Shown here in pieces: positions 41,284-56,040 of a DNA stretch of 64,000 nt. The notes beneath the pieces were generated by a model. That model did no database searches. It saw nothing but the letters and a program-made list of their open reading frames with translations, and was not told the DNA's origin. The DNA comes from Octopus vulgaris. Its lineage: Eukaryota. The stretch spans positions 11,346,001 through 11,410,000 of the forward strand of contig OX597831.1 in NCBI GenBank assembly GCA_951406725.2, given 5' to 3'. Numbering within the stretch: the stretch's first letter is position 1; each line of letters begins with the position of its first letter. A program made the translations under genes and the position numbers.

Positions 41284-41840
41284 CTGATGCAGTACCAGAC
41301 AGTGGCTCTCATGGCTTCTGATTCTGATCTTAACTGATTGGAAGTGTTATCATGTACATTGTTTTGTCTTGGTATAAAAGATGGGCTACAACAAATATTC
41401 TGCTCAATACCACAGATTTGCTTGTCAGTTGCTTGACCTTAACCAGTTGAGCATGTCCCTTAGTGGCTGACGATATGTGCATCTCTGATCACGAGCAGAA
41501 GTAGTGGGGGAGCATCATAGCCATGTGTTGAGAGGATTCTTTGGGGTTTGAATAATTCACCTCTGGAAACATGGGTGGTTCTTTCAACATCCTTAAACAA
41601 CCCTTATTCAGGGACCTTTTGAGCGGGATGTGCTACTCAACCTGAAGAAAAGTTCTAACTGGGCCCCACCTGCAAGGTCATGTGCTGTTTATCTTGATAT
41701 GAGATCACCATGTCGCGCACATATGGTTGTGATGCATGTGCCTGGTGTACCCTTATCAGATGGGTAGTCATGATGGGTATATTGGGCATCGAATATTTTA
41801 CCCCAGTGTCACTTTGATGGCATGCACTGCTCCTTCACTC
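41281..41840. repeat. ~560 bp complex sequence precisely embedded in a long (TAA)n; probable non-coding end of a (TAA)n-targeting retroelement
   Basis: Sharp (TAA)n boundaries on both sides, as for 36207-37038; no recognisable ORF; family unassigned. Confidence 0.4.
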
Positions 41841-41899
<59 letters not shown>

Positions 41900-42876
41900 T
41901 CGCTATTATCGTTGTTGTTGTATCTACTTTAGGCAAAAACGTGCAAATTTCAAATTTAGTCGTTAACAGCGATCCAGGTAAATGACTGACTGACTTTTAA
42001 AACAGCCACTGCCTTCACCTCCACCACCACCGCCGCCACCACTACTGCTATTACTACTACAACTAATACTACTACTGCTGCCGCTACTACTACTATTACG
42101 TAGAAGAAGAAGAAGAAGAAGAAGAAGAAGAAGAAGAAGAAGAAGAAGAAGAAGAAGAAGAAGAAGAAGAAGAAGAAGAAGAAGAAGAAGAAGAAGAAGA
42201 AGAAATATCGGTTTTAAAATATTTACTGTAAGGTATAAATAATAATAAAAAGAAACGAACATTTTTGTTATTTTCTTTTTTCTAGAATAAAACGAAACCC
42301 CGCACAAATACGGAATGTGTCTGACGTATTTCAAATCTCAACACACACACACACACAGATGTACTTCATGCACACACGTTTCCCATACATACTTGCACAC
42401 GTCCCTCATACACATACAACACACAGCCATACACGCGCACAAACACACAAACGCACAGCACATAGACACATGCACACATATATGCATATATAATTTAGTT
42501 TCAAATTTTGGCACAAGGCCAGCAACGTCGAGGAAGTATGTAAGTGGATTACATCGACTCCCAGTACATAACTGGTACTTATTTTATCGACTCTGAAAAG
42601 ATAAAAGGCGAAGTCAACCTTGGCGTCATTTGAACTCGCTGCCTTCTCCGCGTACCATTGACGTATTTCTCAGAAAGATTCAGCGTGACACAGAATGTGA
42701 CGGAGTTGGCTCCATTGAATTACTGGTACAACTCATTTTTGCCAGCTGAGTTGACTAGAGCAACGTGAAATAAAAGCGTCTTGCTCAAGGTCATAAGGTG
42801 CCGCCGGGAATCGAACTCACAACTTTTCGATTGTGAAGCGATAACCCAAACCACTAGGCCAAGCGCCGTCACACTG

Positions 42877-42917
<41 letters not shown>

Positions 42918-43153
42918 CTATATATACTGTAGGCACAAGGCCCGAATATTTTGGGGAGGAGGCCAGTCGATTAAATCGACCTCAGTGCGCAACTGGTACT
43001 TAATTTATCGACCCCTAAAGGATGAATGGCAACGTCGACCTCGGCGGAATTTTAACTCAGAACGTAAAGACAGACGAAATACCGCTAAGCATTTCGCCCG
43101 GCGTGCTAACGTTTCTACCAGCTCACCTTTTATATATATATATATATATATAT

Positions 43154-43300
43154 AATTTAAATTTATATATATAAGGAAAAGATCGTTAATTTAAAATAAA
43201 ATAGCGATTTTATCAAGTGGCCAGCATGGAAAAATCGTTGATAAAATCGTTATTTTATTTTAAATTAACGATCTTATCCTCATATATATAAATTTAAATT
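43154..43300. repeat. Inverted repeat, 63-bp arms, 21-nt spacer
   Basis: 43154-43216 versus 43238-43300, 3 mismatches. Confidence 0.9.
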
Positions 43301-43690
43301 TATTTCTTCGCTGTGTTTACTGCGGTGATATTTTAACCATATCTCACATGAATTAAATGGCGGGCATTTTGAACTGGCCATGATGAGGCAAAGCATTCCT
43401 AAATGCAATTCAGAAATCCGGGATCTAGAATTATTCAGTAATTTTTTACTAGCTTCATCTTGTCTCTTTGTTTTCTCTCCGTGTTTGCGATATGGACAAT
43501 TAAGGTGGTTTTAGAGTCAGATCATGGCTGTTATTTTCAGCATGGTGGTATCTCGTAGATACCCTAATTTATAATGTAGAGAGAGAGAGGGGGGAGAAAG
43601 TGAGAGAGAGGGAGAGAGAGAGAGAGACCTAAGTGTACGTACGCCGTAATATGTTTTATATATACAAAATACAAAATGGGACAAGAACGC

Positions 43691-44003
43691 AAAACATCCA
43701 GATAGACGATACAAAGAAAACAAGGACGGGTCATTCGGAGTTTTGTTTCCTCAGTCGAGTTGTAGATTATCTTTGCAATTTCGGCTGGTTATTCTCGAGA
43801 TTGCTCCAATCTGGCCAGCCCCAAGAAAAAACTAAGCTAGGAATCAAATGCGCTTAGCTTAGTTTTTCCTTGGGGCAGGCCAGATTGGAGCAATCTCGAG
43901 TATAAGCAGCCGAAATTGCAAAGATAATCTACAACTCGACTGAGGAAAGAAAACTCCGAATGACCCGTCCTTGTCTTCTTTGCATCGGCTATCTGGATGT
44001 TTT
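43691..44003. repeat. Inverted repeat, ~150-bp arms, ~15-nt spacer
   Basis: 43691-43839 versus ~43855-44003, ~8 mismatches by eye. Confidence 0.9.
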
Positions 44004-44118
44004 ATTGACCCTTTTTATATGACCTAACTTGCATATATACACGAATAAAAACAAAAGTGAAGATCAAATATATGCACTGCATTTGATTGGTCCCAAAAAT
44101 GACATTTTCCAAGTATAA

Positions 44119-44182
<64 letters not shown>

Positions 44183-44189
44183 GTTTATA

Positions 44190-44275
<86 letters not shown>

Positions 44276-45066
44276 TAAATACATATATATATATGCATAT
44301 ATGTATTGAGAGATAGATAGATAGACATACATACACACATGCATACATAAGTATATACATATATTCGTACGTGGATGTATTTATATACTCGCGCAAGCAC
44401 ACATATTTCTAAATATGTGTATGTTTGTGTAATACGTGCATATATGCGTGTGTATTTGCGTGTGTGTATGTAAAATTAGCTATTGTTTCTGCTTCTTTAT
44501 ATTGACCAAAGCCAAGCCTGATTAAACACACACAGCTGCATTAAATATAAATCAGGAATAATGTATCTAGGATTACATTAATCATAGGTCCTTCATTCTA
44601 TTCTGTATTTTTTTGTCTAATTTCTGAAGCGGTAGGTATAATCTGAAAGATATTTGACTGTTATTTCTAGTAACTTACACAACCACACATCAACATTATG
44701 TCTGTACATGTAATAGATTTTCTCATTATATACATATGCTTGTTGTTGTATATATGCTTCGTAGCGTGTATAATTCGATATGTACGCTGCCATTCCTATA
44801 CAACATAGCAAAAACAATTGCTGATGCATTGAAAAGCGCAATTTATTTCCGTTAATTAGTTTTTCAGGGAAGCTAATTAGGTATATATTGACATACATGA
44901 TTACGGAAACTGTTTAAGCAAACTGTTAATTGGCCATACGGCCATACATCTATGCACATACGAACAAATATGTTAGTGTACCTATGTCAATTTATAGGTG
45001 TATATACGTTTATATATATACATATATACATATATATATATTTATATACATACACACACACATATA

Positions 45067-45117
<51 letters not shown>

Positions 45118-45404
45118 ATATATATAGAGAGAGAGAGAGATAGATAGATAGATAGATATACACGTGTGGATTTTAAATTTTTGTACACTCCCGTGCCCAC
45201 ACACCCACTTGCGCATACGCATAACCTCCTCTCTCTTAATCTGTTTCTCTACCATTTACTGAGCCTCTTCCTCTGCATCCCTCACACTTACTCACGCTCT
45301 CTGCTGCTCATATACATACATATATACATACATACATATACACACACACAAACACAAACACGCACACATATATATAGATATAGATATATATACATATACT
45401 GGTG

Positions 45405-45705
45405 CAGGTGTGACACCTTGGAAAACTGTCTTCTATTATAACCTCGGGCCGATCAAAGCCTTGTGGGTGGATTTCGTAGACGGAAACTGAAAGAAGCCCG
45501 TCTGTGTTTTTCCCCCCAACATCGCTTGACAACCGATGTTGGTGTGTTCACGTCCCCGTAACTTAGCGGTTCGATAGATACCGATAGAATAAGTACTAGG
45601 CTTACAAAGAATAAGTCCTGAGGTCGATTTGCTCGACTAAAGGCGGTGCTCCAGCATGGCTGCAGTCAAATGACTGAAGGAAGTGACAGAATAAAAGACT
45701 AAAAG
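45405..45705 (+). mobile_element. SINE family B copy (5'-truncated)
   Basis: Matches the 58080-58410 body and tail. Confidence 0.7.
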
Positions 45706-45706
45706 A

Positions 45707-45765
<59 letters not shown>

Positions 45766-46054
45766 TATATACATGTGCGTATATATGTGTATATGTATAA
45801 ACATATATTCATGTATATGTATATATGTACACACACACACACACATATTATTCTTCCTAGAGAGTGATATGTACTCTACAGAAAGTATTGAGTATTCTTT
45901 TAGTTTAAAGTTAAACAGTTTTTATGAAATATACATGCAGGTACATGTGTGTGTGTGTATTGATATGTATATGTATATGGTGTGTATCTGTATGTCTGTC
46001 TGTTTGTCTGTATGTATGAATGTTTGTATGTATGTATATGGATATATAGATATG

Positions 46055-46226
<172 letters not shown>

Positions 46227-46489
46227 CTAATGGCTAAGGAGTTCCAACTGAAGATCTTAATATCTTGGGTTTCATTCCCAGGCTGGAGGTGTTTTGTGGT
46301 TTCGAATGAAATATTTTCCGTTCTCTCAGCTGTAAATACGACAGTCTAGCGTCCCATCCTGGGGGAATGTTGTCTCACCCGCTTCACCGGCAAATTGCCA
46401 CCATTTGAAGGATGCAACAGTGCCAAGACATGCATTGTGACCAGCGCAATTTAACAACATTGGACAGCCTATTTGATATATATAATATA

Positions 46490-46867
46490 CTAGCAGTATC
46501 GCCCGGCGTTGCTCAGGTTTGTAAGAAATAACTATAAAGCATTTTTAGAGAGTTATAGCCAAAAAATAGCAAAAAAATGGAAAAAAATGATGGTAAATTT
46601 TTTTTGAGATTTAAAAAAGGTAGAGTTGCGCCCCCTAGACAGTTTGTGGTTCGTATTCCTGATTCTCGACCCCATGTCGAATTTATCGATTTTTTTCAGA
46701 ACTGGGGGAACTTTTCAAAATTTTCGCTGCGTTAGTTTTGAATTATGACATTGGGCTATGTGTGTGTCAAGTTTCATCAGAATCGGTTGAAAGCCGTGGT
46801 CAGGGTGAGGGTACAAGCAAACAGACACACAGAAACACGCACAGACAAACTGCCGTTTATATAGAGA
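46490..46867 (-). mobile_element. Non-autonomous Helitron, copy 1
   Basis: Minus strand starts TC(TCTATATAAACGG) and ends with a GC hairpin CCTGAGCAACGCCGGG ~10 nt before terminal CTAG, followed by T; no TSD. Confidence 0.8.
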
Positions 46868-47247
46868 CTAGCAGTATCACCCGGCGTTGCTCAGGTTTGT
46901 AAGGGAAATAACTATAAAGCATTTTTAGAGAGTTATAGCCAAAAAATAGCAAAAAAATGGAAAAAAATGATGGTAAATTTTTTTTTGAGAGTTAAAAAAG
47001 GTGGAGTTGCGTCCCCTAGACGGTCTGTGGTTTGGGTTTCTGATTCTCGACCCCATGTCGAATTTATCGATTTTTTTCAGAACTGGGGGAACTTTTCAAA
47101 ATTTTCGCTGCGTTAGTTTGGAATTATGACATTGGGCTATGTGTGTGTCAAGTTTCATCAGAATCGGTTGAAAGCCGTGGTCAGAGTGAGGGTACGAGAA
47201 AACAGACACACAGAAAACGCACAGACAAACTGCCGTTTATATAGAGA
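46868..47247 (-). mobile_element. Non-autonomous Helitron, copy 2 (head-to-tail with copy 1)
   Basis: Same ~380 bp sequence; junction CTAG|TC; 5' end preceded by A within (TA)n. Confidence 0.8.
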
Positions 47248-47269
47248 TATATATATATATATATATATT

Positions 47270-47672
47270 CTTTTTTTTCTTTTTACTTCTTTTAATCATT
47301 TGATTGTGGCCATGCTGGAGTACCGCTTTTTAATCGAAGAAATTGACCCCAGGAATTATTCGTTGTAAACCTGGTGCTTACTATATCGCTTCGCTTTTTT
47401 ACTGAACCGCTAGTGTTACGGGGGCGTAAATACACCAACATCGGTTGTCAAGTGATAGTGGGGGAAGGGGGAGAAAAAGACGAAAACATGCACACATAAA
47501 TATACACATATATATATACGATGGGCTTCTTTCAGTTTCCGTCCACCAAATCCAATTGCAATAATATAGCCCGAGGCTATATTTGAATACACTTGCCGAA
47601 GGTGCTACTCAGCGAAACTGAACCCGAGCCTATGTGGTGGAGAAGCAAGCATCCTACCACACAGCCACCCTA
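47270..47672 (-). mobile_element. SINE family B copy (diverged)
   Basis: Reverse complement of the family B consensus. Confidence 0.65.
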
Positions 47673-47685
47673 TGTATATATATGA

Positions 47686-47789
<104 letters not shown>

Positions 47790-47905
47790 TGTTTTTACTT
47801 TCTGTCATTTTCTGCTGAAGAGCGTAGGGTCGAAATGCAAAATACTTTCTCACTTCCCCGAGCGTCAAACTAATACACCTGTTTTCTTATTCTTTTGTAT
47901 TTCAA
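47790..47905 (+). mobile_element. pLTR copy with hammerhead-like motif
   Basis: TTTT-CTGCTGA-AGAGCGTAGGGTC-GAAATGCAAAA...GAGCGTCAAACTAATACACCTG, shared with the other copies. Confidence 0.6.
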
Positions 47906-47999
47906 CTATATATATGCATATTTCTATCTATATTTGTCCTATATATGCGTACATATTCATATAAATACATGCACACAGACACACACACACACACACATA

Positions 48000-48091
<92 letters not shown>

Positions 48092-48197
48092 TATGCATAT
48101 ATATGTATATGTACACATATATAGGACAAATATGTTGCAAGACAACTTTGTTCCAATAAATGAAAATTATGTATTGCCCATTATATTAAATTTCTTA

Positions 48198-48246
<49 letters not shown>

Positions 48247-48474
48247 GTTGAGAGAGAGTAGGCTATTGTGAACTAACTATCCACCCGAGATGACGGAATT
48301 CCATAGTTTTCTGAGTGAAACTATGCAACACCATGGAACAGACGTATTTTAATGTAAGGTAGAGGTCACTGACGAAATCAGCACACTCAAACAAAAATGA
48401 AAGTGAAAATAAAACAAAATAGAGGAAAGGTTTTGCCATGGAGCTCTCCATGAAAATCAACTGATATACTAGAT

Positions 48475-48611
48475 ACGCAAGCTTACCAAACACATGGTTT
48501 CGGGTCCAGTCTCTCTGCGTGGCACCTTGGGCAAGTGTCTTCAACAATAGGCTCGGGCCGACCATAGACTTGTGAGAGAATTTGGTACATGGAAACTGAA
48601 AGAAGCCCATC

Positions 48612-48660
<49 letters not shown>

Positions 48661-48663
48661 TAT

Positions 48664-48743
<80 letters not shown>

Positions 48744-48960
48744 ATGTATGTGTTTGTATGTCTATGTTTTTCCCCCACCCCAACATCACTTGACAACCGA
48801 TGCTGGTGTGTTTATGTCCCGGTAATCAAGCTGTTCGGCACCAAAAGTGACCGATAGAATAAGTAGTATGCTTACAAAGAATAACTCCTGAGGCCGATTT
48901 GCTCGACTAAAAGGCGTTGCTCTAGCATGGCCGCAGTCGAATGACTGAAAGAAGCAAAAA
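48475..48960 (+). mobile_element. SINE family B copy
   Basis: Matches the family B body and tail. Confidence 0.7.
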
Positions 48961-49257
48961 AATATCTGCCACACATATCTACCTTACATCCCAGAAGTGT
49001 AAACAAAAAAATTTTAAATTTAAAAGACAGAATTTATAATGTGTTCTTTCGGTATGTTATGACTAGAAAACGAAAATATAACTGGATGGTCACAGATGGA
49101 ATGCGCTTTCATTATAATGCTGACCTGGTGTTGAATAAAGATAGGAAAAGATGAAGTAATTGCAAAAGTGAGGGTGGAATAAAAAGTAAGAGATGTGCCA
49201 ATGTCATAGATGGGGTACCCCAGGTATCAGATGACGCGTGCACACACAGAAGCACGC

Positions 49258-49313
<56 letters not shown>

Positions 49314-49524
49314 GTATATAAGTATATATATATATATATATAATAATATATATATATATGTATATATGTGTATATCTATATATATAATTATAAACATATA
49401 TATACATAAATAAATATTCGTTGTGTACAATGACGATACGTAAACATTATGAGTATTCCTCGGTATATGTATATATATTTAGTAATTTCAGTTTTATTAC
49501 TGTTGGTAGCAGCAGCAGCAGCAT

Positions 49525-49597
<73 letters not shown>

Positions 49598-49807
49598 TCA
49601 AAGAGTGGGAAATGCAGAATCTATTCGTGTACGTCTTCGATCTTCGATTTTTTTGTATTCCTAGCATCTGCAGTTCATATGTGATCGATAAAGAGTTCAG
49701 AGGGAAGGGCAGAAATGTCACAACACAACAGTTTACAGAGAGAGATCAATATATATATATATACACCGCAATATGGTTCGATGAGAACGTTCTGCTTGCT
49801 GATTTTC

Positions 49808-49847
<40 letters not shown>

Positions 49848-49932
49848 CGATGATGACGATGACGATGATGACGATGACGATGACGATGATGATGATGATG
49901 ATGATGATGATGACGATGACGATGACGATGAC

Positions 49933-49967
<35 letters not shown>

Positions 49968-50016
49968 CGATGACGATGACGATGATGACGATGACGATGA
50001 CGATGATGATGATGAT
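49808..50016. repeat. (GAT)n/(GAC)n trinucleotide array
   Basis: Directly visible. Confidence 0.95.
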
Positions 50017-50108
50017 GGACTTGCTAATGAAGATGCTATGTTCGCGCCAATTTAAATGTTAAGTAGCAAAACTATATATATATATACTTGCATATATGTA
50101 TGTATCTC

Positions 50109-50179
<71 letters not shown>

Positions 50180-50187
50180 TGTATGTA

Positions 50188-50246
<59 letters not shown>

Positions 50247-50351
50247 ATAAATCCGTGTGTGCATGTGTGTACGTATATGCCTGTATATAGATTGAGAATG
50301 ATATATATATATATATACATACATACATACATACATAGATAGATAGATAGG

Positions 50352-50398
<47 letters not shown>

Positions 50399-51689
50399 GT
50401 AGATAGATAGATAGATCAGTCTGTATGTATAAGTATACGCATGCGCCTAACACACGCATTAAACACGCATACACACCCACAAAGCAGCCACATCAACACA
50501 CACATATATACACGCACACATGCACACACGCGCGCGCGCGCACACAGGCGCGCGCGCACACACGCACACAAACAAAGAAAACACACACAAAACAGGCAGA
50601 ACTTGCAACAGCAAACGCATAAAAGGAATATAATTCCGCAAAAAATCACTCATTGACGAACGGACACTGAATGAGTGAAAGAGGGAGAGTGGGAGAAGAA
50701 TATAAGGAAGAAGGGGGAGATAGAAAGGAAAGAGGGGAGGAGAACGGGAGAGGAGGAGCAGGTGTGATATAAGAGGGAGGCGGAGAGGGTTCGCTAGAAA
50801 CTTTGAAACATTCAAACATGTAATGCTTAAGGGGGTTAATCGCTGCCAGGGTGTCCGACGGTGATAAGTTCTCGCTATATTCATTACGAGTATCTGCGTT
50901 CGAATCTCGCCAAAGTCGTCTTTGGTCATCCTTCTTTTTTTTTTCTTAAGTGACGAAAAGTTAAAATTACAATCCAAATAGCTCTAAATTAAAATACCCT
51001 TTCTTTCCTAATTTCGTTCTTCCTTTCCTTCCTTCTTTCTTTCTTTCTGTCTTTCTTTCTTACTTTCTTTCTTTCTTTCATTCTTTCGTTCTTTCTTTCT
51101 TACTTTCTTCCTTTCTTTCATTCTTTCTTTCTTTATTTCCATCATTCATTAATTCCATTCTTTCTTCCTCTCCTTCCTTCTTACTTTCTTTCGTTGTTCC
51201 TTTCATTCCTTCTCTCTGACTCTCTCTCTCTCTCTCACTCTTTCTCTCTCTCTCACACACACACACACTTTTTCCAGTGTTATACTCAGTTTACATACAA
51301 AGGTATATCATCTCACGAAGACACACTCATAACTCGTACAACACATGAAATATTAGCAACAGAGAAAAATTAGAAAACTAACTAAAAAATGGGGAGTTTT
51401 GTGCAGGGCAATTAAGTGATAAGTGCTGCACAAGGCTTTCACGGGCCCTCAGTGACTTTCCTAAGTTCCTACTGATGAAAAATGTGAGTGTATTTACAAA
51501 TATACATACATACATACATGTATATAAGTGTAACTGCCTGAAACGGTTGTGGCTTCTGGTACTTGACTGAGGAAAGAAGGCCACGAATGACCCGTCTTTT
51601 TTTGCCTGTCCTTCTAATTGTTGTTTCTCATGTCTGCTTTTGTATCGTCTAACTGTCCGAATGTCTTATTCCACTCTATTGCGTTTTTG

Positions 51690-51853
51690 TTCAATACTCG
51701 CAATACCAGAGGGCGCACACTCTCCTACCCTGATGTAATCTCCAGGGATACAGGCATCCAGCAACAGGATCTTCGTAATGCTATGATGGACCGTGAAGTC
51801 TGGCGTAACATAGTAAATTCCATTGTCTCGACCACGGTCGAACAATGATGATG
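51690..51853 (+). mobile_element. 3' end of an RTE-clade LINE
   Basis: RGRTLSYPDVISRDTGIQQQDLRNAMMDREVWRNIV matches the RTE C-terminal GR..TY.D...D......AM.DR..WR pattern; (TGA)n tail. Confidence 0.65.
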
Positions 51854-51864
51854 ATATATATATA

Positions 51865-52040
51865 GTTCAAATTTACAAATAAAAAAAAAGAGGAAGACAA
51901 GTGTAGGAACCACAAGCAGATGTATAAATTTAACACTTGGGGAGAACGGAAAAGTCTTTTACGTTTCGAGCCTACGCTCTTCGGCAGAAAAAAATGGGGA
52001 GAGAAGAAAATGTGCCGAGCTCAACTGTCCAACATGGCGA
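51865..52040 (-). mobile_element. pLTR copy with hammerhead-like motif (a partial further copy lies at ~52607-52680)
   Basis: Minus strand TTTT-CTGCCGA-A-GAGC-GTAG-GCTC-GAAAC-GTA-AAAGA at ~51954-51992; 3' end at (TA)n. Confidence 0.65.
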
Positions 52041-52843
52041 TATATATGTGTGTGTGTGTCTTTGTGTGTGCGAGTATGTAAATGTGTGTGTATATATGTA
52101 TATATACATATATATACACACACGCGCTCGCGCGGCATTTATTCGTCCGGCAGGTGATAGACGTATAACAAAGTAAACACCTGTGCGAAGTTCTCCATGC
52201 ATTACATACATGCATACATGCACACATATACATACACGTACATAGCTACGCATACATACATACATTCATACATACATGCATACATATATGTATATATACA
52301 TATATATATAGATTTATGTACATATATTTATATATATACAGACACCTACATTCATATTTACATGCAAATATATATATATATGTATATATTTATGTATGCA
52401 TATATATATATATGTATATATATGTGTATATATATGTATATATATATATATATGTATATATATATGTGTGTATATATATGTATATATATATATGCATACA
52501 GACTCATTCATATGTGTGTGAGTGTGTGTGCGTGTACATACATGCATACATATATATCAATATATGCATGCATGTATATACACACACACACACACACATA
52601 TATATATAGTTCAAATTTACAGAAAGCAGAAGACGAAGACAGGTGGAGGAACAAACAGGTGTATTAGTTTGACGCCAATAAATATATAAATACATTCATA
52701 TATATACACACATATATATATACACGAACACATATATATATGTATAAATATATATATATACATATATATAAACATACACTCATACGCACATATATATACA
52801 TGCATGTATGTACGTATGCACTTATACATATATATATATATAT

Positions 52844-52887
<44 letters not shown>

Positions 52888-52889
52888 TT

Positions 52890-52991
<102 letters not shown>

Positions 52992-53387
52992 ATATTTTCT
53001 TGTATACTTACAATTCCAGGGTAGTAGTTTTTATGGTGAATATTTAATCTCACAAAACTCCGAGCTTTCAATTGGTACCAGTAATTATCCCTAAATTGTA
53101 GGTAATCAATTGTATATACATATACATCCATAAGGTACTCCCAGTTCTTCTCTTTTAGAAATGTACTCCTGATTAATTAAGCATCTCGTCATTAACCATT
53201 CATTATAGTTTTTACTTCAAACCCTATCAACAGATTAATTAATATATCATTGAAAAAAAAAATTCATAAATTATCAGTTTTGCTAATTAATTAATCATAT
53301 GAGATAATGATATATACATCGTCGTAAATTTGTGTGTCGGAAGGCAAAAACCACGCGTGTTTGTTATTATGATAGTAGTTGTAGTAT

Positions 53388-53432
<45 letters not shown>

Positions 53433-53439
53433 CAGCAGC

Positions 53440-53491
<52 letters not shown>

Positions 53492-54904
53492 ATAGCAGCA
53501 GCAGCGGCAGTTGTTGTTGTTGTTGTAGTTGTTGCTGGTGGTGGTGGTGCTGTTGTCAGTCTTGAATAGATGGACGATTGCTGCAAGACGCTTCATTCAC
53601 GACTAACCAACCTTGCTCTTCTCACATGGCATTGTCTATCTAAGACTACACCATCCAATGTGTCCTTCTACATTTTCTACCCGGGTACGGCGTGATTCGC
53701 TATAAATTCAGCCGCCATTTCGCTATCATAATTGATATCCTTCCTCCTACTCTTTATTCTTTTTTATCGATATTGTTGTTGTTGCTGTTGTTATCATCGA
53801 TACTATTTCTCTATTACTGCTGCTGCTGCTGCTGTTTTTGTTGTTTCTATTTTTGTCACTATTATCGTTTCCTCGCCGTCGTCGTCGTCGTCGTCGTCAT
53901 CGTTTAATGTTGTCGTTATTGCTAAAGCTCCGCCTCTTATTCGTACATCGGAAATTAACGACCCAATCTCGTTCAAGATGGCGGTAATGGCGGCGGCGGC
54001 GAGTTATCAAGAGGGATATTGCTCACAACCTCTCGCATTCTTAGCCGTAACGTAAAGGTTCCCTCCTTTACTCGCAGTGCAGTATGACTGCCTGTCTCTT
54101 GTTGTTGTTGTTATTGTTGGTGATGTAATTGTTTTGGTTGTTGCTGTGATTTCTGCTGTAAGTTGTTGTTTTTTTTCGCCCCAGCCCAAACCTGATCAAG
54201 TACACCTATTATCAAGACTAATCCAAACGTGACCATCCCTCCCGTCTTTTTCCTTCCTATATTCAAAGTACATAGGACCGCATTGTCCAACGGTATTCCA
54301 TGTACGGTTTTGCGAGACATTTGGCTGCTATTTCTAGCAAATAAAGCAACCATGTAAATGGTCCCTCATTTTCGCTGTTTCGTCTTTTTGTGGTTTGATT
54401 TTTAATGTTCCTGTTTAACCCCAGGTTAACCCTACTCAAACTAACATATGTATAATTAAATGCTTCCAAATGTGACCATGCCACCTTTTTTTATATTTTT
54501 AAAAATATTTTCCTTTGCACATATGACACCAAGGAGACGAGCTAGCAGAATCGTTAGCGCGGACGGACAAAATGCTAATCGGCATTTATTCCGGCACTTT
54601 ACCTTCTGAGTTCGAATACTGCGAGGGTTAACTTTGCACTTCATTCTTCTAAGGTCGATGAAATAAAGTAACAGTCAAGCAATGCACCCCACCCTTTCGC
54701 CCTCCCCCTACACTCAAAATTTACTGATCTTGATCCCTGTAAGAGACCAGCCCTGCTCAAGGGCCTGTTGTGCGCCCAATCACTTATTTACCGTGGAAAA
54801 CAGGTAACTAGCCTTAGGAGACCTAGGGCTAAAAACAAACATTATGTGCATATAAACACACATACATACATATATTTGTGTGTGTGTTTATATGTGTGTA
54901 TGCA

Positions 54905-54954
<50 letters not shown>

Positions 54955-55014
54955 TATATATATGTATATACATATATGTATATATGTATATATATATATA
55001 CAGACATGTATGCA

Positions 55015-55052
<38 letters not shown>

Positions 55053-55247
55053 CATATATGTATACATGTATACCTGTATATATATATATGCATTTATATA
55101 GATAGATAGATAGATAGATAGATATGTATATATTCATATGCATATATATATATGTGTATATATATATCAGGTGGTGCTATTAAGTTAGACATGGCCTGGA
55201 CCAATCTTTGGTCGAAACATATCTAAGTTTATCTAAGTTTATATGTA

Positions 55248-55371
<124 letters not shown>

Positions 55372-56009
55372 TTGTGTTTATGTGTGGTGTGTGGGTGTTT
55401 GTGAGTGCGGGTGGATGTGGCCGAGTATTTACGGTGAGATGCACTCATCATCGTAACAAGATTGTAGTTTCGATTCCTGGAAGAGTGACTTGACCAAAAC
55501 ACTTCCTTTCACGCTATTCCTGTCCATTCTGCCTGCAAAAATGAGTTTGACCGGCGTCCCGTCCTTGGTGAATATTATATACATTACAGAATTCAAGAAA
55601 GCGGCCTTACGAGTCAATGGCTCCGGTGGGACCTTTTTTTTTTTATCCTTAAATATATATCCTTATATATATATCTGTCTCATTAATTCTGTTTCGTCGA
55701 TGTTTTCGCTATAAAACAGATTTATAGGACACAAAACAAGACGGGGATCAAACGCGAGCTAACAGGATTGGGGTGAAAAAGAGGTACAGAAACGTTTTAA
55801 ACAATTATTTCTTAATTTGGGATAAATTCTCTTCGAGAAAACAGTAAATTTCAAGATTCCTGAGAGAAATTCCATAAGGAAATTACATTCAAAAATTCTT
55901 TAGAATACTGCTAAATAGTTTTTCTTATTTTTTTTTAGATACATATATTTTCAATAATTAATTAATGTTCAGTTGAGATAAGGTTATTAACTTGGTGTAA
56001 TAAATCGCA

Positions 56010-56040
<31 letters not shown>

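Noticed and set aside
43940-43970. CTGAGGA...GAATGACCCGTC as an intact hammerhead
   Set aside because: GAAA is GAAT and helix I does not close; kept only as a repeat-family marker.
49612-50062. Poly-Asp ORF resembling an acidic biomineralisation protein
   Set aside because: Pure (GAT/GAC)n with no signal peptide or gene context.
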